Assembly (NCBI GenBank): GCA_965223325.1
Contig: CBDCWI010000002.1
Coordinates: forward strand, 1,696,001-1,760,000
DNA length: 64,000 bases
Reading direction: 5' to 3'
Origin: Candidatus Multivoradales bacterium
GTDB lineage: Bacteria > Acidobacteriota > Thermoanaerobaculia > Multivoradales > Multivoraceae
In this document: positions 9,418 to 19,333 of the stretch, one piece after another
Position numbering within the stretch: position 1 is the stretch's first letter
Layout of the letters: every line of letters begins with the position of its first letter
Notes under the pieces: generated by a model
What the model saw: the letters and a program-made list of their open reading frames with translations, nothing else
What the model was told of the DNA's origin: nothing
The model's database searches: none
Program-made: the position numbers and the translations under genes

Positions 9418-12030
9418 TCAGTCTAGTTCGGCCAGTGCGCGCTCCACCTCCGCTAGCAGCTCGGTTCGCCGGTCATCCTCGGGTTGGGTCAGCAAGAGAG
9501 CACGCCCGTTTTCGAGGAGGTGTTGTGCTTCGGCGTTGCGACCCTGCTCGGCGAGCACCAGACCCAGGCGCGACATGGCGCGCGCGGGTGGTCCTTCTGT
9601 TCCCGCCAGCTGAAAAATTCGCAGAGCCTCCCGCAGCGGCGCTTCGGCCTCGACGAAACGCTCTTGCTCTGCTTCCAGGGCGCCGAGTTCGTAAAGGGCG
9701 ATGGCAACCCTTGGGTGGTCCGGCCCACCAGCGTCGACAAGCGCCTGGGCAGCGCGCCGGAACCCCTTCCGGGCCTCGTCGATCTGGCCGCCCGCGGCCT
9801 TGACCTGAGCCAACCAGTACTCCGCAGGACCGCGAAAGGGGTTCGGTCCAGGGAAGGTCTGGTCGATGATCTCCTGAGCTTCAGTGAGCCGCTGAGCGGC
9901 CTCGCGGTAACGCCCTGCCATGAAGAGGGTTCGCCCGTGATTGGAAAGGACCACCATCAAATCTCGATGGCGCCCACTGTGCACCTCGGTGAGAATCGCG
10001 GCTGCCCGATGGTGGAGGTCATCGGCTTCCTCGAACTGACCGTTGGAAGCCAGGGCCATGGCGAGATTGTCGTAGGCGTTGGCGGTCTGCCAGTGACTAT
10101 CACCGAAAATGTGCTCCTGCCCCTCAACCACTCTTCGGTAGAGGGCTAGCGACTCGTCACGGCGGTCGAGTAGGTCGAGCAGGTGGGCCAGGTCGCTCAA
10201 CGCGCTTATGGTCGATGGATGGCGAGTACCAAGTTCGGTCTCGAGAACAGCCAGCGCTTCGCGCGCGAGCGGCTCGGCAGCAACCGGATCGCCCGAGCTG
10301 GCCAGAACACCCGCGAGAGCGGAAAGGGCGCGGGCGCGCAACTCTGAACGATCTCCAGCGGCCTTCTGGGCGGCAGTTGTAGCTAGCTCTCCCAGCGGCA
10401 CGCCATCTCTGTAGCGCCCCTCCTCCCACCGGAGTTCGGTGAGCTGGATCAGAGTTTCGGCTTCGGCGCGATCGTCGCCAAGTTGGCGAAACAGCTCAAG
10501 GGCCTTCTCGAGAGATGCCGATGCCTCCTCGTAGTCGCCTTTCTGGGTTCGGGCCGTACCGAGTTCAAAGAGGGTCTCGCCGACCTCGAACGATGCTTCC
10601 GAGTAGTGCTCGCGCCTGGAAGCAAGCGCCTGCTCCAGATGTCCAATGCCTTCCTCGAAAAGGCCAAGACTCACGTACACCCTGCCAATCGTGTGGTAGA
10701 GCTCGCTGGCGACCTCTGGGTGGCCTTCGAGTTCGTCGTCGATCTGCGCAGCTCCCTCGTCGAGCAGCTCACGGGCGGTCACGCTTTCGCCGGGCCGTTC
10801 GGTTGGATCGGCAACGGAAAAGAGATCGACTAGAAACCTCGAGACGCGGTGCGCTACCTCGGCCTCCTTCTGCGCCAACCGTTCCGCATCGCGCGCCTTG
10901 AGCATGCCAAACGTCGTGCCTGCGACGGCAGCGATCAACAAGGTCAAGAGCGAGATCGAAGCGGTAGCCGCGAGGCGATGGCGACGGACGAACTTCTTGG
11001 TGCGGTAGAGCAGACTGGGTGGGCTAGCCTCGACGGGCTCCTGGCGCAGGTACCGACCGAGGTCGGCGGCCAGTTCCAGCGGAGAGCCATAGCGGCGTGA
11101 ACGCTCCTTGGCGAGCGCCTTCATAGTGATGGCGTCGAGATCGCCGCGAAGCGTCCGCACCAGTGTCGCCGAGTCGACTCGTCGCTTCTGTGCCGAGACC
11201 TCCGAACCTTCGGCAAGCGTCGACAGTCGAGAGCTCGGCTTGTCGGGATCTTCCTCGCGCAGAACCCGGCGCAACTCGTCGAAGTCGAGGCGGCGAAGAT
11301 CTTCTGGGTCGTAGGGCCGCGCCCCGACAAGTAACTCATAGAGAACGACACCAAGGGCGTAGACGTCGGTGCGGGTGTCGATGTCCCGCCCGGTCGGATC
11401 GGCCTGTTCGGGGCTCATATAGGCCGGCGTTCCGATCCATTGCCCGAGCTCGGTATACAAGGTCTTCTCCGTCAGGCGCACCGCGGTTGCCTTGGCTACG
11501 CCGAAGTCGATGATCTTTGGCATCGGGCGGTCATTCTCTACCTGAACCAGAATGTTCGAGGGCTTGAGATCGCGGTGAATGACCCCCTTCTGGTGTGCGT
11601 GCTGTACGCCCTCGCAGGCCTGCATCAAGAGCTCGATGCGCTGCTCGGTCTTGAGCCGTTGGTCGTCACAATAGTCGGTGATGGCCCGGCCGTCGACGTA
11701 CTCCATCGCAAAGTAGGGCCGTCCGCCCCCGGTCTCTCCTGCCTCGAAGACCTTGGCGATTGCCGTGTGGTTCATGAGTGCGAGGGCCTGGCGCTCCGAC
11801 TCGAAGCGGGCGATGATGGCGCGAGTGTCCATCCCACGCTTGATCACCTTGACGGCGACACGACGCTTGACGGGTTCGGTCTGTTCGGCGAGGAACACCT
11901 CACCCATGCCGCCCTCACCGATTCTCTCGAGGACCTTGTACGGCCCGACGCGTTCCGGGGCGTTTTGTCTTCGCACCGCGTCCCAGGTGTCGATCTGGCT
12001 CTCACGCTTCGTCACTACGAGAGGCAGCAT
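9418..12030 (-). CDS. Ser/Thr protein kinase with TM segment and TPR repeats
   Basis: GEGGMGEV, VAVK, HRDLKPSN, DFG, GTPAYMSPEQ; then TM and helical repeats; start uncertain. Confidence 0.93.
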   Translation of the reverse strand: MLPLVVTKRESQIDTWDAVRRQNAPERVGPYKVLERIGEGGMGEVFLAEQTEPVKRRVAVKVIKRGMDTRAIIARFESERQALALMNHTAIAKVFEAGETGGGRPYFAMEYVDGRAITDYCDDQRLKTEQRIELLMQACEGVQHAHQKGVIHRDLKPSNILVQVENDRPMPKIIDFGVAKATAVRLTEKTLYTELGQWIGTPAYMSPEQADPTGRDIDTRTDVYALGVVLYELLVGARPYDPEDLRRLDFDELRRVLREEDPDKPSSRLSTLAEGSEVSAQKRRVDSATLVRTLRGDLDAITMKALAKERSRRYGSPLELAADLGRYLRQEPVEASPPSLLYRTKKFVRRHRLAATASISLLTLLIAAVAGTTFGMLKARDAERLAQKEAEVAHRVSRFLVDLFSVADPTERPGESVTARELLDEGAAQIDDELEGHPEVASELYHTIGRVYVSLGLFEEGIGHLEQALASRREHYSEASFEVGETLFELGTARTQKGDYEEASASLEKALELFRQLGDDRAEAETLIQLTELRWEEGRYRDGVPLGELATTAAQKAAGDRSELRARALSALAGVLASSGDPVAAEPLAREALAVLETELGTRHPSTISALSDLAHLLDLLDRRDESLALYRRVVEGQEHIFGDSHWQTANAYDNLAMALASNGQFEEADDLHHRAAAILTEVHSGRHRDLMVVLSNHGRTLFMAGRYREAAQRLTEAQEIIDQTFPGPNPFRGPAEYWLAQVKAAGGQIDEARKGFRRAAQALVDAGGPDHPRVAIALYELGALEAEQERFVEAEAPLREALRIFQLAGTEGPPARAMSRLGLVLAEQGRNAEAQHLLENGRALLLTQPEDDRRTELLAEVERALAELD

Positions 12031-12420
12031 ACCGCTCGCCGGACGAGCTGCTGTGAGCACGGCGGCACGAAGAACCTGTCCCTACTCATGACGCACCCGG
12101 AGATCGATGGATTTGCGCCGGTTTCGTGCGGCGATGCCGCGCACGGTCGGGGAAAAGTTTGGCAGCGTGGAGTGTCGAAGGGCGGCCCTGCGCTCCAAAC
12201 CGCGCGACACTGCCCCAGCACCGGCCGCTCGTTCCCATCAAGGCCATTCATCATCTGCACCGCAGGCCACGCGGGCCGTCAGGGACCGTCTCGTGCCCTG
12301 GGCCAACGCCCTTCGAAGTGAATTGCGTGTACCGGGTCGTTCGGGGGTCCGAAGGCTCTGGGCGCGGTACAAAACACCCTGCAGCCCTGAAGCCGGTTCG
12401 TGCCCTTGTAGGCTCGCACC

Positions 12421-13449
12421 ATGCCACTCCAGTCCCTTCTGGACGACCTGGTCGGTAAACCGCTCCATTCCGGCGCGACCCTGTCTGTCTACCGCGCCAG
12501 TGACGGTTTCGAATTCGCAGGCGGCGCCGGCGACCTCGACCCGGATACGCCCTACTTCGTCGCCTCGGTAACCAAGATCTACCTGACCGCCCTGTGCCTC
12601 CAGCTACTCGAGGAAGGTCGCCTGGAGCTCGACGACCCGCTGTCTGAACACCTCGACGAGTCGGACTGGCGCGGCCTGCACCAGCGACGGGGAGTCGACC
12701 GCAGCGACCAGATCACCGTTCGCCACCTGTTGACGCACACCAGTGGGCTGCCGGACTACTTCCAACAGAAGCACGACGGCCGGAGCCTGCTGGCCAGGAT
12801 CCAGAGTGGCGAAGACTGCGAATGGAGCTTCGAGCAGGTCCTTCTATGGTCAAGAGAAATGAGGGCGCGGTTCCCACCCGGGCATCGCCAGCGGGCGTAC
12901 TACTCAGACACCAACTTTCAGCTGCTCGGCAAGATCCTCGAGAACCGCGACGAGCGTCCCCTTGCTGAGATCCTCGCGAGCCGAATCTTTGAGCCCCTCG
13001 GCCTGGAGCAGACCTGGCTCTACGTCGATCCGTCAGACCGCCGGCCCGCCGCGATTCGATTCCGCCAGCAGGCACTCGACATCAGAAAAGCAATGACGAG
13101 CTTTCGAGGCGACGGCTCGATCGTGTCGACCGCACGGGATTCGATGTGCTTCGCACGCGCCTTCTTCGAGGGCCGACTGTTCAGTGCAGAACGGTTACCG
13201 AACCTCTACACCTGGCGGCGCATCTTCTTTCCCTTCCAGTACGGCGTCGGCGTCATGCGGATCGCCTTGCCTCGGCTCTTCTCACCCTTCGCTCCGCTAC
13301 CCCGCCCGATCGGCCACAGCGGGCTCTCGGGAGCGTTCGCGTTCTACGACCCACAACAACAGGTCTACGTCACCGGCACGGTCAATCAATTGGCGCGTCC
13401 GGACACCTCGGTGCGGCTGATCACAAAGATCCTGACAGCCGACTGGTAG
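12421..13449 (+). CDS. Serine hydrolase, beta-lactamase class C-like
   Basis: SVTK (SxxK), LLTHTSG, YSD, GHSG. Confidence 0.88.
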   Translation: MPLQSLLDDLVGKPLHSGATLSVYRASDGFEFAGGAGDLDPDTPYFVASVTKIYLTALCLQLLEEGRLELDDPLSEHLDESDWRGLHQRRGVDRSDQITVRHLLTHTSGLPDYFQQKHDGRSLLARIQSGEDCEWSFEQVLLWSREMRARFPPGHRQRAYYSDTNFQLLGKILENRDERPLAEILASRIFEPLGLEQTWLYVDPSDRRPAAIRFRQQALDIRKAMTSFRGDGSIVSTARDSMCFARAFFEGRLFSAERLPNLYTWRRIFFPFQYGVGVMRIALPRLFSPFAPLPRPIGHSGLSGAFAFYDPQQQVYVTGTVNQLARPDTSVRLITKILTADW

Positions 13450-13495
13450 ACCCGCTTCCACCGCGGCTCCCGCTCACTACGACCAGAAGCAGAAG

Positions 13496-13519
13496 GGGCC
13501 GGTCCCGAAGGACCGGCCC
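13496..13519 (-). terminator. Intrinsic terminator hairpin between convergent genes
   Basis: Perfect 10-bp stem GGGCCGGTCC/GGACCGGCCC; on the minus strand a UUCG loop and a pyrimidine tail. Confidence 0.7.
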
Positions 13520-13574
13520 GCGATCGCCGGCTACACCGGCCAGGACCCCTCAATCGAGAGGGCCCGCGCCGCGG

Positions 13575-14918
13575 CTACTCGCCGCCTGCCGCTCCTTTGG
13601 CCTCCTGGGCCTCGCGGTACTCACGCATCTTCTTCATCTGCTCGCGCATCGCCGGCGGCACCGAGTGGGTCGGCATGTCGACCTGCTCTGCCTTGTCGAC
13701 GTAGCTGTAGTCCATGAACCCGATCATCATCTCGTCGGTGGTTTTCTCACCCCAGGTGACGGTGATCGTTGGGTCGGGGTTGGCTACGTTGTTCGCCGAG
13801 TTATCGAACGCCGCGAGGACCTTGACCGTTGTACCGGCCTCGAGCTCGAGCGGCTCGGGCGGCGTGTAGGTCAGCTGCCAGTTGAAGTCGTAGTTGGGAA
13901 CGTCGAGGAGGACCTCTTCTTTGCCATCGGGATAGACGGCCGTGAACTTCATCGACTTGCCGCGTAGGTGCATGTGCGGGGTGAAGTTGAAGAGCAGCGC
14001 ATCGTGCTCGAAGGTGAACTCAGAAGCCGACAGGTAGTTCTCTTCGCCGGGCGGAATATTGAGAACCGGATCGACCACCCACATGGTGGTCAGCTTGTTC
14101 TCCACGTCGCCATCGTAGAACTTGAAACCCACAGAGGTCTGGTCGATCCCACCGGTACCGGGACCCGGGTCCTTGTGGTAGTGCATCTGGAAGAAGATCG
14201 AGCTGTTGGCGGGAAGGAGCTTGCCGAAGCCTTCGCGATAGACCATCGGCACGACGCCGGGAGCCCAGCCGCCGATGTAGTCCATGTCCATGCGACCGGC
14301 ACCCTGGATGCTCTCGAGCGTTGCGTCCCCAGGAGCGAGGTAGGTGAGGTTGTGATGTGCACCTGCCATGAACGAGGGCCGGATCTCAACCGCCTGAATC
14401 CAACGGTCTTCGTCGAGCGTGTTGTCGACCTTCACCCATTCGTAGTGGTCTTCCATCTCGTCGGTGACCTCGAAAGGCGCCATGGTGACGATCAGGTCGG
14501 GCTCGCCCATGCGCCAGGTCGACTCGAAGGTCGGAACAGGCGGCGCCTTGGCAAGGTCGCCAGCCGGTGCACCAGCCTCGACCCAACGCGTAATGGTCTC
14601 GATGTCTTCATCGCTCAGACGCGGATCCTCGAGGAACTCGCCGTGGGCCGGATCGGCAAACCAGGGTGGCATGCTGCGCTCGGTGACGGTCTTGCGAATC
14701 GACTTCGCCCAGGGACGTGCCTCGGCGTAGGAGAGGAGCGACATCGGCGCGACCTGGTCGGGACGGTGGCAGGTGACGCAGTTGTCGTAGAGAATCGACG
14801 CAACCTCACCGGACCAGGTGGCCTGATCGACGTCAGCGTTGTTGTTGTTGGACGCGGCGATCGGAGCCAACGCGACCAGCGCGAGAATCAAAGCGAGAAA
14901 GAGCGATCTCTTGAGCAT
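13575..14918 (-). CDS. Secreted cytochrome c / PHM-like copper monooxygenase fusion (paralog 1)
   Basis: Signal peptide; CVTCH, SMPPW; AHH, QMHYH, PHMHLRG, DEM. Confidence 0.8.
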   Translation of the reverse strand: MLKRSLFLALILALVALAPIAASNNNNADVDQATWSGEVASILYDNCVTCHRPDQVAPMSLLSYAEARPWAKSIRKTVTERSMPPWFADPAHGEFLEDPRLSDEDIETITRWVEAGAPAGDLAKAPPVPTFESTWRMGEPDLIVTMAPFEVTDEMEDHYEWVKVDNTLDEDRWIQAVEIRPSFMAGAHHNLTYLAPGDATLESIQGAGRMDMDYIGGWAPGVVPMVYREGFGKLLPANSSIFFQMHYHKDPGPGTGGIDQTSVGFKFYDGDVENKLTTMWVVDPVLNIPPGEENYLSASEFTFEHDALLFNFTPHMHLRGKSMKFTAVYPDGKEEVLLDVPNYDFNWQLTYTPPEPLELEAGTTVKVLAAFDNSANNVANPDPTITVTWGEKTTDEMMIGFMDYSYVDKAEQVDMPTHSVPPAMREQMKKMREYREAQEAKGAAGGE

Positions 14919-15256
14919 TTTCGTTTCCTGTGTTGGAGGTTCGGCGCTGGCGCCGCGGGGATGGTCGAACGGCGATCGGTGTCGAGCGGGCGGGAAGCAG
15001 GCCGGCGATGAGGCTTTCCCCTCGCGCCGTACAGAGAGGGTGGATTCCCCGATTCGGCGCCGCCAAGCGGGCGGTAAAGCCTCGCTGATGAGCCGCTACG
15101 CCGGTCCATTGTTTCACAGAACTGGCCGATTGGCCTATACCCCTCGAAACCCGTTCCAGAACGCACTTTCAGGGGGTCCATTCCCCACCTCGCACCGGTG
15201 CACCGAGATACTCTCTCGGAATGCATCCATCGAGGCCTGGCCCACCGAACTGGCCC

Positions 15257-16084
15257 ATGCGGGCGCGATTCAGGAGACCACGAAAGGCTCCCGGCAGCTT
15301 GCTGCCCGTCGCGACCGTCCTTGCTCTCGTGATCCTCGCGTGCCAACCGTCCAGCCCGCCGGCTGCTGGCGAAGCGGCCGCTCCCGCCCGAGAATCTGCA
15401 GGCGACTCGACGGCCGACTGGCAGACGCCGCTTCTGGTGGACGAGGACTTCGACCCGGCGACCCCTCTGCGGGCCGGGTTTCTGGTCGTCGATGGGGTCT
15501 TCAACTCGGAGTTGATGGCGCCCTACGACATTTTCCACCACACGCCACCGCACACAGCACCGGCCGCAGGCATCGAGGTCTTCGTCGTCTCACCTGACGG
15601 CAAGCCAATCACGACCTACGAGGGCCTCGAGATCGCTGCGCACCACTCGTTCGCTAGCGCACCTCCGATCGACATTCTCGTCGTGGCGAGTGCCGAACAC
15701 TCGATGGATAGCGATCTCGAGAACCAGGAGATGCTCGACTGGGTCGCCAGGGTCAGCCGCGAAGCACGCTACGTGCTCTCGCTCTGCGACGGGGCGTTCG
15801 TACTCGCTGCGGCGGGTGTGCTCGACGGCCGTGCCGTGACGACTTTTCCCGGCGACCTCGACCGCTTTGAAGAGAGGTTTCCGCATCTCGACGTCAGGCG
15901 GGGCGTCTCCTTCGTTCACGACCGCAACACCATCACGTCGTCCGGCGGGTCGCTCTCCTACGATCCCGCGATCTATCTCGTCGCTCATCTCTACGGAGAC
16001 GAGGCCGCCCAGCGCGTCGGCACGGGTCTCTTGATCGACTGGCCACCCGGCGACCTCCAGGCGACCCTCTTGCCCGAGGGATGA
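15257..16084 (+). CDS. DJ-1/PfpI family lipoprotein
   Basis: Lipobox LVILAC; GVFNSE, SLCDGAFVLA, TSSGG. Confidence 0.8.
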   Translation: MRARFRRPRKAPGSLLPVATVLALVILACQPSSPPAAGEAAAPARESAGDSTADWQTPLLVDEDFDPATPLRAGFLVVDGVFNSELMAPYDIFHHTPPHTAPAAGIEVFVVSPDGKPITTYEGLEIAAHHSFASAPPIDILVVASAEHSMDSDLENQEMLDWVARVSREARYVLSLCDGAFVLAAAGVLDGRAVTTFPGDLDRFEERFPHLDVRRGVSFVHDRNTITSSGGSLSYDPAIYLVAHLYGDEAAQRVGTGLLIDWPPGDLQATLLPEG

Positions 16085-17307
16085 CATCAGAGGAGATCAG
16101 TGAGGTGTCGCCGGACGCCGCCGTGCCGTCCCACCGCGCGCTCGTCTTGAACGCCGGCAGGACCAGAATCGAGATCCAGCCCCAACCTCCTGTCGGGCCA
16201 GGAGAGCTTCTGCTCGAGGTCCTGGCCTGTGGTTTGTGCGGAACGGATCTCTACAAGCTCGACCGCGCTGCGCGTGCGGCGGCCGAAGGCAGAGACGGAC
16301 CGCTGCCTGACGGTACCGTTCTGGGCCACGAAGTCGTCGGCCGCGTGATCGCCGTTGGCGAACCCCACGACAATCGCTTCGCGCTCGGCGACCGCTGCGT
16401 CGTTCCACACCACCTCGCCTGCGGCGCCTGTCGACTCTGTCGCCTGGGCAGCGAAACGCGCTGCGAGACGTTTCTCGAGCAACGCCTTGAACCGGGCGGC
16501 TTCGCCGACGTTCTCCGCGTTGACCGAGAGGCTACGGCGCGTAGCGCGCGCCGGGTACCACCGTCGATGAGCAACGAGGACGCTTGCCTGCTAGAACCCG
16601 CGGCATGCGTGTTGAGGGCCATCGAGCGCTCGGGGCTCTCGAGCACCGACGACGGCACGGTTGCGATTCTCGGCGCCGGCAGCATGGGTCTCTTGCACAT
16701 GCTCTCTCTCGAAGCCTTCAGACCGCGAGCGCGCGTCGTCATGTTTGAACCACAGGCCGTACGTCGCGACTACGCACTCAGCTTCGGGGCTGCCGCTTGC
16801 TACTGCCCGCACGAGCTTCGAGACGGCGGCTCGGCGCGCGCGCTCGCAGCACAATGCGACGTCGTCTTCGATACCGTCGGGGGGATAGAGGCGCTCCGAA
16901 CGGCCCAGCCGCTCCTTCGCCCCGGCGGAACGGTGGTGCTCTTCGCACACGCTGCGCACCCGCCGGAGGATCACGATCCACCCGCCGATCACGGTCCGCC
17001 CATCGACACCCTGCTCAACCGCTTCTTCCACGCCGAACAACGGATCGTCACCAGCTACTCGGGCGCCCTCGGCGAGCAGGAGGCTTGCTGGCAGGCGATG
17101 TGCCGCGCCAGTGACAGCGGGGCTATGACGCAAGCAGGGCCAACACTCAGCCCAGGGCGGCTGGTCACCCATCGCGTCAGCCTCGACGATTTCGCGCGCG
17201 CTCTGGAATTGGCGCGGGAGCCCGAGACGCTCAAAGTCCTGATCGTCCCCGGTGGGGGATCGCCCGTCGATGAGACCCCTGGCGCGTCGGGAGCGCGCGA
17301 AGCATGA
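16081..17307 (+). CDS. Zn-dependent alcohol/polyol dehydrogenase
   Basis: CGLCGTD, LGHE, CGACRLC...C, GAGSMG. Confidence 0.88.
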   Translation: MTSEEISEVSPDAAVPSHRALVLNAGRTRIEIQPQPPVGPGELLLEVLACGLCGTDLYKLDRAARAAAEGRDGPLPDGTVLGHEVVGRVIAVGEPHDNRFALGDRCVVPHHLACGACRLCRLGSETRCETFLEQRLEPGGFADVLRVDREATARSARRVPPSMSNEDACLLEPAACVLRAIERSGLSSTDDGTVAILGAGSMGLLHMLSLEAFRPRARVVMFEPQAVRRDYALSFGAAACYCPHELRDGGSARALAAQCDVVFDTVGGIEALRTAQPLLRPGGTVVLFAHAAHPPEDHDPPADHGPPIDTLLNRFFHAEQRIVTSYSGALGEQEACWQAMCRASDSGAMTQAGPTLSPGRLVTHRVSLDDFARALELAREPETLKVLIVPGGGSPVDETPGASGAREA

Positions 17308-18410
17308 CTCTCCCCCGTGAGTTTCGGCAGGTGCACCTGCTCGGGCCTGAGCACATCGAGACCAAAACCTGCCCGCTTCCCGCTCCCCGAAGCGGCGAAG
17401 TGATCGTCAGGGTCGAGGCGACGCTGACCTGCGGCACAGATCTCAAGACCTACCGACGGGGCGGTCACCCGACCATGATCGACACCCCCGGTCCCTTCGG
17501 TCATGAAGGTGCCGGCCAGATAAGAGCGACAGCAGACGAAGACTGGCGCGTCGGCGAGCGAGTCGTGGTCTCGAACTCGGCTTCTTGTGGCACCTGCGAG
17601 CGTTGTGCGGACGGGCGCGAGAACCTGTGTAGCCAGCTGCAGTACCTGAACGGTACCTTCGCCGAGTACCTCATCGTGCCCAGTGCATTCGTCGAGCGCG
17701 GGCTACACCGTGTCCCCGAGGGCCTCGACCTGGCGGTGGCGGCGCTGGCCGAGCCCTACGCGTGTGTCTTGCACTGCCTCGACTTGGCACTCGGCGGTCG
17801 GGTTCGCGAGCCAGAGGGGAGCGAAGCGAGGACCAGCGACCCGATCGACGCCCTGGTGCTCGGCCTCGGGTCGATGGGCCTCATGTTGACCGCCGAGCTG
17901 GTGCGCCGCGGTCACCAGGTCGTGTGTGCCGACCCAAACCCCGAGAGACTGAAGCTGGCAGCGAGGGCGGGCGCCACTCGCGTCCTCGAGGTCAGCCGTG
18001 AGGGCGGCGAAGCCAAGCGACTGCGGCCCCTCGCCCAGCGCGGGTTGGAGGGGTTCGATCTGGCGATCGAAGCGACCGGCTCGCCGACCGGCTGGAGCGA
18101 TGCCATTCAGGCGGCGCGTCCGGGCGGAGAGGCGGTCTTCTTCAGTGGCTGTGCGCCGGGAACCCGCCTCGGCCTCGACACCGGCCGGCTGCATTACGGC
18201 GAGCTCACGTTGCGCGGCGTCTACCATCACCGCCCCGAGACCTTCCGGCGAGCCCTCGACTACCTCGCCCAGGGCCACTTGCCCACCGACTTGCTCCTTT
18301 CTGTCCGCCTGCCACTCGACCAGGCCAGCGAGGCTTTTGAGCTCATGAAGGCTCGCCGGGCAATCAAGGTCGTCCTCGAACCATGGGGACCCAACCCGCG
18401 AGGACAGTGA
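17304..18410 (+). CDS. Zn-dependent alcohol/polyol dehydrogenase
   Basis: TCGTD, FGHE, CGTCERC...C, GLGSMG; start overlaps the previous stop. Confidence 0.88.
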   Translation: MTLPREFRQVHLLGPEHIETKTCPLPAPRSGEVIVRVEATLTCGTDLKTYRRGGHPTMIDTPGPFGHEGAGQIRATADEDWRVGERVVVSNSASCGTCERCADGRENLCSQLQYLNGTFAEYLIVPSAFVERGLHRVPEGLDLAVAALAEPYACVLHCLDLALGGRVREPEGSEARTSDPIDALVLGLGSMGLMLTAELVRRGHQVVCADPNPERLKLAARAGATRVLEVSREGGEAKRLRPLAQRGLEGFDLAIEATGSPTGWSDAIQAARPGGEAVFFSGCAPGTRLGLDTGRLHYGELTLRGVYHHRPETFRRALDYLAQGHLPTDLLLSVRLPLDQASEAFELMKARRAIKVVLEPWGPNPRGQ

Positions 18411-18591
18411 CGCACCGCCTTGCGCGATGCGGGCCGAGCGCCCGTGCGAAGCATCGATCAAATAGAATATGAAGGTACCGCCGCCCGGGAGAACCCTCCG
18501 GGGTTCGCTGCCCGCTGCACCGACCTTCCTTGATTGACGCGGCACCGCCCTCCCGGTGGCGGAACCGCCAGTACCCCAGAGGCTCAACCAC

Positions 18592-19086
18592 ATGCGACTG
18601 CTGATCATCGTTCCCGTCGCCCTGTCGACCCTGCTCGCATCCCTGCCGCCGGCGTACGGACAGGAGCCCGCGAAGGCACCCGCCGCCGGCAACGAGGCAA
18701 CCACTCCGGTTGCACGCCAACCCAACGCGTCGACGCCCCCTCCACCACCTGAGCGCGACCCCGAGGGAAAGTGGTTCTCCGTCGTGCCAGTGATGCTGTG
18801 GTGGGCTGGGCCGAAGAAGCCCCGTTTCAAGGTGTGCACCGACAACGACCTGGGCGAAGGCGTCGGCAAAGGATGCGAGGTTCTCGGAGCTCCCGAGAAC
18901 GTGCGCAGCATTCAGATGCAGTGCGAATGGAACTGTAGTGAGCTCGAGCCCCGCAAACGCGTCGAAGTGCACGGCAAAGTCGTCGGCCAGTTCCTCGTGG
19001 CAACCGAAGCGCGCGAGCCACAACCCCCACCGGCCGAGTCGACCCCAGCCAAAGAAGAGGAAAAGAAGGACCCACCAAAGAGCTGA
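18592..19086 (+). CDS. Hypothetical secreted protein with a four-Cys core and Pro-rich flanks
   Basis: Signal peptide MRLLIIVPVAL...AYG-Q; no family recognised. Confidence 0.65.
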   Translation: MRLLIIVPVALSTLLASLPPAYGQEPAKAPAAGNEATTPVARQPNASTPPPPPERDPEGKWFSVVPVMLWWAGPKKPRFKVCTDNDLGEGVGKGCEVLGAPENVRSIQMQCEWNCSELEPRKRVEVHGKVVGQFLVATEAREPQPPPAESTPAKEEEKKDPPKS

Positions 19087-19333
19087 GACCGCAACGACCT
19101 GGCAGGAAGGTTCGTCGAGGAATCACGGCGCGACCCGTCCCACCACGTCCCTCCTCACCCGGGTCCTGCCCGCCAGGTAGGTGGTAGCCAGCTCCCATCA
19201 CCCACCGCAGATCCTGAAAGCCAAATCAGCGACAACGAAGCCAAGAATCCGCGGCGCGTGCAAGACCAACGAAGGCCGATGACGCAAGAGCAGGGCCAAG
19301 ACCTTCGAAGACAAAAACGCAACGGACCGCTTG

